A DNA stretch of 64,000 bases from a virus: IMG/VR virus record IMGVR_UViG_3300021356_000002, one strand, 5' to 3'. This document shows positions 47,901 to 55,376 of this stretch, piece by piece (the stretch's first letter is position 1; every line of letters begins with the position of its first letter). The position numbers were made by a program, and so were the translations under genes. Under the pieces are notes generated by a model. The model was given only the letters and a program-made list of their open reading frames with translations. It was not told the DNA's origin and ran no database searches.

Positions 47901-48230
47901 AATGGTGTCGCCAACATAGACAACACTAGGCAATGGCGTATAAGAACCAATGGTAACTGTATGCGTTGATCCTGCTGGATCAGATGCGTGAGTAATCGTA
48001 AATGTTCGACTAGTCGTAGTGCCAGGAATAGGACCTATACCAGATGTATAAAAAGTGTCTTCAAACGTGCCAACAAGTTCGGCTGCCGCGTTCGTAGAGA
48101 GCGCAGACAAATCACTTGTTGTCATTTTACTTAAATGAACACCCGCTCGATAAGCCAGATAATCTTCTTCAGAAGTCAGTAGCTCTTTGAACGCACCTTC
48201 ATTTAAGTGTTTGAGAGGACGATAAGACAT
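41994..48230 (-). CDS. giant (2078 aa) mirror-registered YxG-repeat fibre protein
   Basis: ~420-aa N-terminal base, two ~770-aa tetrapeptide arms, central ~85-aa non-repetitive domain; own late promoter. Confidence 0.85.
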   Translation of the reverse strand: MSYRPLKHLNEGAFKELLTSEEDYLAYRAGVHLSKMTTSDLSALSTNAAAELVGTFEDTFYTSGIGPIPGTTTSRTFTITHASDPAGSTHTVTIGSYTPLPSVVYVGDTIELTLQGTATNTGVGFEEIEYQLGISGSAAIGTITTSTTPTATHTTSNGRSVSWENYPDGNLTGSYEVTWTVPITDDGVINFTINGSTTDLQNSVAGASDAEVLTSVRVEPQLKPTTSATLYELYQNDTAVAIIDNDSDLKKNPLYWDRTATPAGLKEMSDAELDVVVQRLLLKIFSNDYPGQYRLATVSPGAQWSEFIADVFEDTRGDGSLVTYSIWVKTDSTVPAVVKPISPLRQAVTNKFEGIKHLGDAEVEMTFGERMKQVIQDTGIGKYQLRSSADGPPTAPGTWEARGSAIDTNLTYESETAYVSVDSYDVNYTSQYQGSYVPDYIGNYVDTYESNYVGEYGATYSSSYTGDYEATYIGTFSGDYAQSYIGDYLLTYAQSYESGYEGEYIPNYSGLTVEEQYTTIYEADDTLEVYAADYAELYGDAPVIYTGNYVAAYVEEEYTGNFTELYVGDYVIDYSGNFTENYIDDVYTGNYIDVYTGDYTENYEGNFTVNYIQTEYAGNFTQPYTGDFLQAYSTSYTVTYAQENYTGNYQSQYASEYQVPYTGDFLETYIQLVYGGNFIEQYTGDFTDIYTGNFTETYAQAQYTGNYQSQYQGNYQSDYSGDYIGTYEQQTYTGNYISDYTGNYQSQYSGDFTQNYAQAQYTGDFIVSYSGDFIATFEGQYQGNYQSQYTGNFTQNYTGNFIQGFEGQYQGNYQVNYDGNYVSNYVTATYTGDFLVTYSGNFTQAFEGQYTGNYLSTYAGNYTSNYVGDFVQTFQGQYVTVYEEPYTGNFVNTFISANYTGDYISQYESNFLQAYTGNYVSLYVQANYTGNFAATYTGDFTANYQGDFLTTFVDANYTGNYASDYIRAAYTGNFLAQYSGDFLARYTGDFVTTFVDANYVGNFTAQYTGGRNVTYAGDYISNYAQANYTGNFLQTFVDANYTGNFLATYSGDFTATFQGQYQGDYVSGYAGSFVARYTGDFLGTFQGQYVGDFLANYDGNFIQAYLGDFLATFQGQYVGNYTGQYTRTINQSYTGSFAATFQGQYTGSFSANYQGTYTGTYVGNYTGTYVGNYLGGYASAATSYQGGYVGPGAYSAYFFTFSSPQYYWRTFQPRNSGIESNNQLRWASTIYALTEPGLTTPVVRGGYEYDRGNFRFGTGSFSGTYRYYEVRRRFLLTGLTYTGGYTGGGGTYTGTYVGSIQQTYVGSIQQSYVGSYVSAVNITFVDANYTGNYTGQYTRTINQSYTSSFTQTFVDANYTGNFTASYSGDYVSRYTGNFTQTFVDANYSGNFLRTYTGNYTGTYQGNFLATFVDANYVGNYVSNYVGDFLGTFQGQYVGDFLQTFQGQYQGNYVSGYVATFTQQYTGDFTQTFQGQYVGNFTAPYTGNYISQYAGDFTAAYTGNYVGDFLATFQGQYVGNFAAQYTGNYLSNYVSSFTATFQGQYVGDFLQTYNADFNTQYQSNFTQTFQGQYVGDFLATYTGTYTTVYVQANYTGNFVTTYTGDYISDYTGDFTANFVSQQYTGDYISNYTGNFAVQYTGNYQGDYISRYTGDYIGNYADQVYGGDFTQVYTGDFTNIYTGDYISTYAQAQYSGNYVSNYQGNFTATFEGQYVGNFLQDYTGDFTAVYSGDFLQGFAGQYEGNYETTYTGDYTSGYTGDFLATFEGQYVGDFNVNYTGNFLETYEADFVQDFEGQYTGNYQSDYTGDYVAIYTGDFLQIFQGQYVGDYVKAYIGNYQSVYTGDFVSIFEGQYTGDYLSDYTGNYQANYSGDYLSNFEGQYTGDFIVTYTGNYEVDYTGDFVETYVQDYESDYLEDYIAQDVYVTAYIGNYTPTYETVYTGDYTPDYEGAPGDYVGEYLSNYTEQSYSQEFSVDYISLDYTRNIEVSYTGDAYVETYSSDFESTQDYSTYITGDDAEEYIGAFEGTGDLEVYGGSPYEGSSYESDYNLVVNIAEAYLDDAKLTSTPVTIETYTLYVRVA
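42060..46980 (-). repeat. coding tetrapeptide repeat region (Y/F-x-G-N/D alternating with Y/F-x-x-x), interrupted at ~44400-44660
   Basis: Degenerate 12-nt periodicity (for example gttaccagtgta, gtcgccagtata) throughout. Confidence 0.95.
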
Positions 48231-48262
48231 TAATTTTCCGACAGCACAAAAACAATTATTCT

Positions 48263-48496
48263 TTATTTATAAGATTTGTGGATCAAGTGATTCAGCATAC
48301 TTTTTATTTCATCCAGATCCTTTTCGATAGTCTCTACCTTTTGTTCAAGTGATTGTTTTTGGGCTTTTTCAAGTTTACGGAGGCGTTTGCGCTCTCTGGC
48401 TTGTTCGATCTCCTCAGCATTGGTGTTAATCAATGCGTTGGTTTTCATGTCACGAACTAAGCCAGAGTGCCCCTTGACAGGTACATATCTGCTCAT
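48263..48496 (-). CDS. small conserved coiled-coil protein
   Basis: VKGHSGLVRD..TNALIN motif, typically found after the VrlC-like gene in marine T4-like phages. Confidence 0.75.
   Translation of the reverse strand: MSRYVPVKGHSGLVRDMKTNALINTNAEEIEQARERKRLRKLEKAQKQSLEQKVETIEKDLDEIKSMLNHLIHKSYK
48264..48271 (-). promoter_or_regulatory. T4 late promoter TATAAATA for the giant-fibre unit
   Basis: Exact match 33 nt upstream of the 48230 ATG. Confidence 0.8.
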
Positions 48497-51400
48497 TATA
48501 CTGCCAGATATCTGTATCTCAGATTCTTAATTGATGGTGCTCTGTCTCCACCAATAAACACGAACTTAAACTGTGCTTGCTGAAAAGGCTTCAGATCACC
48601 ACCGAGACCACCTGGTAGCCACTGAGCATCACGATAAACTTGAGAATTGTCAAACGGAATATTGTCAACAGGTTCTTGATATATCCAGTACTTATCGTTG
48701 ATGTTTTCATCACCGCCAGCAGTTCTGAAATACATTTGGATATCAGCGTCATTAGGAATGTTTACTAATCCTCTGACTTCTATACCCACAGCGTCCAAAT
48801 CGAGGAATACAGGAGTTGTAATATGTTTCGAACCCGTTGTTCCTGAAGTAGGACTTGTTTCGTCTACAGGCAGAATTGCAGGCGTGACAGATGGATCGTC
48901 AAGCTTGAATCCAGCGAGCGTAATAGAAGCCCTCTGCATGTCAACAATTGGAGAAACATAGTCATTGGCAGTCTTCATGTCAAGCTTTACGTAAACTGAA
49001 GCAACACCAGCACCCAGATTTGCTTCTTCTGCCGCTAAGTTGTAGATCGCTTTTGGTGTATCAAAATCAATGTTTTGCATCAAAGTGATTCTAGAATAAT
49101 CAGCGTCTTGAGTCCATCTCTGAGCCTTAGTGATGCGTGTACTCGACAACATCTTGCCTTCTGTCCACTTAGCACCAGCATCGATTGATGTAAAGTTTGG
49201 TACTACAGTTTCAACCGTAGGCATTGCTGTGTTGAAAATTGCATTTCGTCTTGATAGTGTCCAGTGACTAGAACCAAGTCCAGAAGACGTTTCTACTGGA
49301 TGGGCAGCGTCATATGTGAACGAATAACCGTTAACGTCAGCAGAGTCAACCGTGTGTGCGCCTTCAATATAACTTATAATATCAGAACTGCTAGTAAAGA
49401 CACCAGAACCATCAATTCTATCTGCAAATCCACCAGGACCGATTCCAGAAGTTGCAACACTATCGAGACGACAGAGATCGCCAGGCTCTAGACCATGATT
49501 AGCATGATGAATGTAAATCTTTCTAGAACCAGCAAACGTCTGAATGTTGGGTTTATTCGCTTCTTTTGTAGGATCAACTTCGCCAATCAACTTCGGAGGT
49601 AACGGCACATTCTTAAGAATTAGACTACCGCCACCAAGATCGAACTTCGCACGATTTAGTTTGTACATCAAATCTTGATCTTTTGCTTCGATCCAAGACA
49701 AGCCGTTTTGAGGCAAGTAAAGAGAGCCTGGAGCATTTTGCGTAGATGTAATACGTGACGTAGATCCAAACACAGGCAGTAACGTCTTCGAACTAAACAG
49801 TTCATATTCGGTTGACTGAGAAGTAACTACAATCGCATATGATGTCCAAGGCTTCAGATATACTGGCTCATCAAATGTAAACGTTGTTGGTCGTGCTTGA
49901 ATAACCGAAAGCACTGGATCTGTACCAACTACTTGTACATCACTTGCTTTCAAAACAACTTGCGAATCAGGAACAATCTCATTGTGCGCAGGCTTGCCAT
50001 TGATTACAGGACGTAAGTGGATTTGTACTGGTAGATTACCAGCGTCTTTTGCTCTGAAGTAGAGTTGCAAACTTGTCAGTGTAACACCGAACTGATTGTC
50101 AACAAAGAAGGTCTGAGCCATAGGATTCTGTGGCGCAGTCAACACATTCGTTTCTGTTCCTGCAAACTGATTCTGATCTACATCGATGTAATCAGAAAGA
50201 ATCTGCGACATCTGACCATTCGCGTCAAGTCCTGTTAGAGCGGCACCAGATAGCGCGGCAGTGGCAGGTCCATACAAGCCAGAGAATCTAGGATCCACGA
50301 GATTTACAGCAGAAGACCGTATCTGATCCAGTGTATCTCTAAGTTCTTTTGGACTGTAAATCTGTGCCCAGTGAACCCAATACGACAACGGCCACCAGTA
50401 ACCCCAAGGTCTTGAAGTGATCATATTGTGCCAGTGATGCCAAATCGCACCAACTGCGGCATAATATGCAAAGCACTTACTATCAGCGTTGCCCCAATCA
50501 TTACGTGACGTGTCAAGCAATTTAAATTCGCGAATACCTGTTTTAAAGCAAATGTTCGGAGAGTTTGCTTGTGTTTCTCGATCGGTCGCTCTAGTATTCC
50601 AACGCCTCGCAGTGTTCGGAATCCAAAGAGAACCAATGATTTCTCCGTTAGCGTCAGAAATTAGATCAGTAGAGCCATCGGGATGTTCAGTCTGCCAGTA
50701 CGGGTCTTGTGGATCTGTTTGATCAGTTCGATCAGACCATCGTAAAAATGCTGGCTCTTCACGCACAAAACTAGCCATGTTGTCGCCGTCAAAGAAAGCG
50801 TAGTGTTTGGTGTTTGGCTTAAGACCCTTTGCGTGAAAGAAAATCTTTCTGGAACGCAACCAAGGAATCAACGCAACGTCGATGATACGATTACCAACAG
50901 CTTGTCGTAGTGTTTCAGATGGAACAACGCGAGAAACGAATCGACCTCCAAATCGCGTAAACGAACTTCTGCCAGAGAAGTAACGTTCTCTTAACTCGAC
51001 CAATCTACGGCGACGAATTCCAATAATTGACGTTTCTCTTTCGTAGTATGGATTCCATTGTTCAAGGTCTTCAGCACTTCTGCCTGCCCAGTTCCATACC
51101 CAGTTGTTCCACAGATATGCTTGTCTACGGTCGAGACGACCTTGACCAGGCACTGCTCGATCAGCACGAGCTGGATCTTTCCATTCATCACTCGTGGGTG
51201 AAAGCTTTAGTGTTCCCACGTTATCGACCAAGCCAAATGGATTGATTTTAACTGAAGTAGACGCAAGGTCTTGAACCGCCCATGCTTCTGAGTCATGAGT
51301 CAGATAAACATTGTCACCTTTCTTTACAATGCCACTAGACTGTGTGTTATCAACAACCAAACGAATGTTGTTTTCGTCGAACATAGGACGAATCAGTTTG

Positions 51401-53964
51401 CTTTCAGGATCCAAAGATGCTGAGTAGTCTGGATTGTTGGTATCTGCTCCCGTTTGATCGTTATTATCATCGCAAAGATTACCACATTCCGTTCTTGCAT
51501 TGCCAGCACTGTCGAGCGCGGCAAACAGTTTTTGTTCAAGCTCGAGGAGACTGAGTTCTGTGTATTCTTGCAGATCATCTATCTTCGCTTCGAGTTTGGC
51601 AATATCTGCCATCGTATAACGTCGATGCTCGATTGGTGTGATTCGACAATCATCAAAGCCATGCATGTTGCCGTTGACCAAAACCTTTGCAAGTTCTAAC
51701 GTATTGTCTGGCGTTGGCTTGTACTGCGGATTGCCTGCAGGCTGACCCATCAGTACTTGAACTTCACCCTCTTGCGTCAGAAGAATTTTGTCTGCTCGTG
51801 GCAGCCAGTAACTGACTGTGGCTGTTACACTTGATCCGTTTCGTGGCAAATCAAACGTACTAAAGGGTGATCCTTCGTCAGGTCTAAAATCAAGATAGTT
51901 CTTAGGATTAATTACGGTACCGTCTTGTTGAATCTGATCTAAAGTACCACCAAAATTATTGCCTAAGACAAGAGATTCTGGATACGAAGTTGCATCAAAG
52001 AAGTCGCCGCCAGCACCACGCGCATAATAGTCATAATAAACATTTAATGTTGTGGGAACACTATCATAATCGCTATTTAAGATTAATCTACTTTTAGCAT
52101 AATAGTTGTCACGTACGCCACAATCTAATCTAACGTCACCAGTCATATCACGACCGTTAATGTTATTGACGTTTACTTCGCGAACTTCGTTGACATCAAC
52201 GTAAGGAAACTCGTAGTAATACTGCCTAGCCGCTGAATCGTATGCTACAGTCAGCTTGCCGTTGTTAACTGTGGTTAACGTTTTGGATTTTCTCGTAGCA
52301 GTTTTCTGAACATAGCAGAGAACTTCGTAAGTGCTGGATGGAGTTAGACCCGAAATTGTAACGTCACGTCCACTGTTAGTGGGCGTTCCGACTGTATGTG
52401 CTTCAGCAGAGGCTGAACTTGTTGATACGACCCAAAGAGTAGTGTCTGTATATGATGAGCCAGTCGGAAGTGTAGCAAGAGTAATTTCTCCGCTACCGTT
52501 TGCTACGAGTCCGCTTTGATGTTGCTGTATCGTAATTGTAATATCAGAGAACGACTCGGGTCGAGGACGTGACAGAGGGAACAACAGATTATTATTATCA
52601 ACTGTTCCGTTAAGAGTCGCACCTTGAGTGCCTTGCGTTATATTGAAAACATCAGACGAGCCAGAGCCGATACTTTTAATGCTTCTTAGTGAGCTGGCTG
52701 AATCGACGCGAACATCATACACATAGACACGATAATTTGCACCATCTTCTTCGACAGCACGAATTCTTGCAGTGCCTAACGAAGATCCACCAGCCTGAAA
52801 ATCGTCATATAGATTGACTTGTGCATGATCCAGATCAGGTAGACCACGATTACTGTCTGCTAAGAAGTAATTACCATAACTGATCGGAATGACATCATTA
52901 TCGACAGTCTCAGTTACTAGTGGCTTAGGAACACTCAAACGAGTAGCAGTTGCTCTTTCGACACGATAACCATTGACATATGCCATACCTGGTGATACAA
53001 TCACATCGAAATTAGAATCCCTTGCACTGAAAGTTCTTTCGTCTACACTTACTCTGAATGGATCGACGATGTAGTTACCAGACTCTTCGAACGTTCTTTG
53101 TGCAATTAGATCGTTGATCGTGTTGTATGCATCAATCTCTTTGACTTGCTCAACGATCTTTGAATTTTCGATATTAGCCACAAACACGAATGTGTCATTA
53201 GCAGTTACTTTACTCAATTCGGTAAGTTGCAGATTGATTCTAAGACGATCAGCACCAGGTGAAGCCGTGTTAACAATACCATTTGCGTTGTCGAACAAAG
53301 AAGTGTCATCATTGACAGTGACAACTTCTTGAACAACCTTAAATCCTACAGTCGTAGTCGCAGAGGCTGTATATGGAGACAGAATAATAGACTGTTCAGT
53401 TGTGTGAACAAAGTGACCTAAAACAAAGAAGTCTCCTTCGCCCAAAGTAAATCTAACGCCCTTACCAGTCGCATTAGGAGTTTCAGTAGTAATCTGATAA
53501 CCACCACCAGACTGATCAAACAAAACTACTCCATCATCAAACTTCTCATTTGCACCCGCGCCAGAATTTACATACTGGACATAAAGAGTATCAAGAACAA
53601 AACCTTCATCAACGTTTCTAGGCTTTAAGTCGATTACTTTCGCTTCAACACCTGTGTTGGTGTCTTTGAATATGGTACCAATAGGAATATCAGTAAACGC
53701 ACCGCCAGCATTTACAGCCGAGACTTTGATATAGTCAATACTTGCATCAACAGCCATGCCTCCAGTATTGACCGCGGCACCTTCTTTGAAAACGTTTTTA
53801 CCAAATCTAGCAAGTTCTTGAAAGATGATTGTCTGTAGTTGCGTCAACTCTCGCGCTTGTAGAGCGCGTCCGTTGTTAAAGAGGACTTGATGAAAATTGT
53901 TATCCTCATTAAAATCATCTGAATAAATGCCAGATAGCGTATTGGATGTGAATTCTGTTGCCAT
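48496..53964 (-). CDS. large baseplate-associated structural protein (VrlC/DUF4815-like)
   Basis: YSDDF...VLFNNGRALQARELTQLQT, PGADRL, RTFEESGNY, RRYTMADIAKLE, NPMAQTF. Confidence 0.85.
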   Translation of the reverse strand: MATEFTSNTLSGIYSDDFNEDNNFHQVLFNNGRALQARELTQLQTIIFQELARFGKNVFKEGAAVNTGGMAVDASIDYIKVSAVNAGGAFTDIPIGTIFKDTNTGVEAKVIDLKPRNVDEGFVLDTLYVQYVNSGAGANEKFDDGVVLFDQSGGGYQITTETPNATGKGVRFTLGEGDFFVLGHFVHTTEQSIILSPYTASATTTVGFKVVQEVVTVNDDTSLFDNANGIVNTASPGADRLRINLQLTELSKVTANDTFVFVANIENSKIVEQVKEIDAYNTINDLIAQRTFEESGNYIVDPFRVSVDERTFSARDSNFDVIVSPGMAYVNGYRVERATATRLSVPKPLVTETVDNDVIPISYGNYFLADSNRGLPDLDHAQVNLYDDFQAGGSSLGTARIRAVEEDGANYRVYVYDVRVDSASSLRSIKSIGSGSSDVFNITQGTQGATLNGTVDNNNLLFPLSRPRPESFSDITITIQQHQSGLVANGSGEITLATLPTGSSYTDTTLWVVSTSSASAEAHTVGTPTNSGRDVTISGLTPSSTYEVLCYVQKTATRKSKTLTTVNNGKLTVAYDSAARQYYYEFPYVDVNEVREVNVNNINGRDMTGDVRLDCGVRDNYYAKSRLILNSDYDSVPTTLNVYYDYYARGAGGDFFDATSYPESLVLGNNFGGTLDQIQQDGTVINPKNYLDFRPDEGSPFSTFDLPRNGSSVTATVSYWLPRADKILLTQEGEVQVLMGQPAGNPQYKPTPDNTLELAKVLVNGNMHGFDDCRITPIEHRRYTMADIAKLEAKIDDLQEYTELSLLELEQKLFAALDSAGNARTECGNLCDDNNDQTGADTNNPDYSASLDPESKLIRPMFDENNIRLVVDNTQSSGIVKKGDNVYLTHDSEAWAVQDLASTSVKINPFGLVDNVGTLKLSPTSDEWKDPARADRAVPGQGRLDRRQAYLWNNWVWNWAGRSAEDLEQWNPYYERETSIIGIRRRRLVELRERYFSGRSSFTRFGGRFVSRVVPSETLRQAVGNRIIDVALIPWLRSRKIFFHAKGLKPNTKHYAFFDGDNMASFVREEPAFLRWSDRTDQTDPQDPYWQTEHPDGSTDLISDANGEIIGSLWIPNTARRWNTRATDRETQANSPNICFKTGIREFKLLDTSRNDWGNADSKCFAYYAAVGAIWHHWHNMITSRPWGYWWPLSYWVHWAQIYSPKELRDTLDQIRSSAVNLVDPRFSGLYGPATAALSGAALTGLDANGQMSQILSDYIDVDQNQFAGTETNVLTAPQNPMAQTFFVDNQFGVTLTSLQLYFRAKDAGNLPVQIHLRPVINGKPAHNEIVPDSQVVLKASDVQVVGTDPVLSVIQARPTTFTFDEPVYLKPWTSYAIVVTSQSTEYELFSSKTLLPVFGSTSRITSTQNAPGSLYLPQNGLSWIEAKDQDLMYKLNRAKFDLGGGSLILKNVPLPPKLIGEVDPTKEANKPNIQTFAGSRKIYIHHANHGLEPGDLCRLDSVATSGIGPGGFADRIDGSGVFTSSSDIISYIEGAHTVDSADVNGYSFTYDAAHPVETSSGLGSSHWTLSRRNAIFNTAMPTVETVVPNFTSIDAGAKWTEGKMLSSTRITKAQRWTQDADYSRITLMQNIDFDTPKAIYNLAAEEANLGAGVASVYVKLDMKTANDYVSPIVDMQRASITLAGFKLDDPSVTPAILPVDETSPTSGTTGSKHITTPVFLDLDAVGIEVRGLVNIPNDADIQMYFRTAGGDENINDKYWIYQEPVDNIPFDNSQVYRDAQWLPGGLGGDLKPFQQAQFKFVFIGGDRAPSIKNLRYRYLAV

Positions 53965-53967
53965 TTT

Positions 53968-55344
53968 TTATCCTAATTGAATAACTATTCTAATGTCTTC
54001 GGTTTGATCTGCTTCACGAGTAATTGCTTCATCGAGTGTATTTATGTATAAAATCTCACCTGAATATGCATCAATGTCGGGATCAACAACACCTGTAATC
54101 GTTGCTGTACCGCCCTGTTCGTTAACTAATGCCATTCCAGCAACAAAGGTGCCGTTTTCGGATTGCGGGCTTTCAAATCCTGTTTCAACGTCTTGATAAT
54201 AGTAAAGAGTGTTTGTATCAAGATAAAGAATCTTGCCTGTGATTGTTGCTTGTGCATTAGTGAAAGTGTCGCCTTCTATCCATACACCTGTAACACCATC
54301 TACCGTCAGTACTTTAGAGGCTTGTCCTGTATTTCCATTGTAAGCAGAATCAGTGCCGTATCGTGTCAATCCCTTAATAATTCCCACTTGATGAAATTCA
54401 GTGTCGTTGGCTACGATAGTGCCCTCTTCGCGACCTATGAAATCTGTTTGTAGCATGAGTTCTCGACACTTAAGATCGCTGATTGGATCAGCACCGAGTC
54501 CTATTCGTGGTGCGATTACTGGTCTGAGAGATGCACCAGAACCACCGCCTGGATCTGTAACTGTAATAGACGCATAATCATAATCTGCGCCGTGCAAGAA
54601 TCCACCAAGTCCGTTTGAATCACATCTTACATTTACGATTCTATTATCGAAAATGTCTGCTATAAATCGAGCACCTGCTCCATTACCTGTGAACGTAAGT
54701 GTAGGGTTCGTATAATTGTCGCCACCACTGTCAATGATAACGCCTAGAATCTGTCCACCAATAGCACTATCTTGCAAATTCAGTTGTTGAATCTCTTCGG
54801 GAATTGTAGTCGTTCTGTCAACTATCTGTTTGATTGGAGCGTATTGTCTAGTTTGAAAACTACCAGCCGCAAAGTTACTGATTGTGTACATGAAGCGCCA
54901 AAGATAGCCATCGTTCGTTCTAAAAGACTTTGCTTGATTTTTTGCTTGAAAAGAATTAGGCTCAGTAAATGCAGGCTGAATACTGCCATCATCCAAACGA
55001 CCCTGCTCAAGGCACAAAAAGACTTCACGGGCACTGTTAATTACGTAGAAATTTGTTTGAAAAGGATCGTTGTTGTCGTAAGGCTCGTATATCTGACCGC
55101 TTTCCCAATTGACAACCGAAATCACATACGATGCATTACTCATAATTTTAACTGATTGCAAAGTATGTCTAAACTTATCTTGATTAAATTTTGAGCCTAC
55201 GATAGCCTCAGTAATCCCATCAGCGTCGGTAATGGGATCTGATCTGGCAATTCCTATATGATAAGGCGGAGAAGAACTATCAACATCTGCTTTAAACAGA
55301 GTCAATAGATGCTCTCTCATACTGTTAGTTGCGGATGCTGGCAT
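53968..55344 (-). CDS. gp8: baseplate wedge subunit
   Basis: NFYVINS..VFLCL, DGYLWRFMYTI, SGEILYIN...ITREADQTEDIRIVIQL. Confidence 0.88.
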   Translation of the reverse strand: MPASATNSMREHLLTLFKADVDSSSPPYHIGIARSDPITDADGITEAIVGSKFNQDKFRHTLQSVKIMSNASYVISVVNWESGQIYEPYDNNDPFQTNFYVINSAREVFLCLEQGRLDDGSIQPAFTEPNSFQAKNQAKSFRTNDGYLWRFMYTISNFAAGSFQTRQYAPIKQIVDRTTTIPEEIQQLNLQDSAIGGQILGVIIDSGGDNYTNPTLTFTGNGAGARFIADIFDNRIVNVRCDSNGLGGFLHGADYDYASITVTDPGGGSGASLRPVIAPRIGLGADPISDLKCRELMLQTDFIGREEGTIVANDTEFHQVGIIKGLTRYGTDSAYNGNTGQASKVLTVDGVTGVWIEGDTFTNAQATITGKILYLDTNTLYYYQDVETGFESPQSENGTFVAGMALVNEQGGTATITGVVDPDIDAYSGEILYINTLDEAITREADQTEDIRIVIQLG

Positions 55345-55368
55345 AAGTAATTCTCTTTAACGATGTTC

Positions 55369-55376
55369 TATTTATA
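55369..55376 (-). promoter_or_regulatory. T4 late promoter TATAAATA
   Basis: Exact match at the gp6/gp8 junction. Confidence 0.75.
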
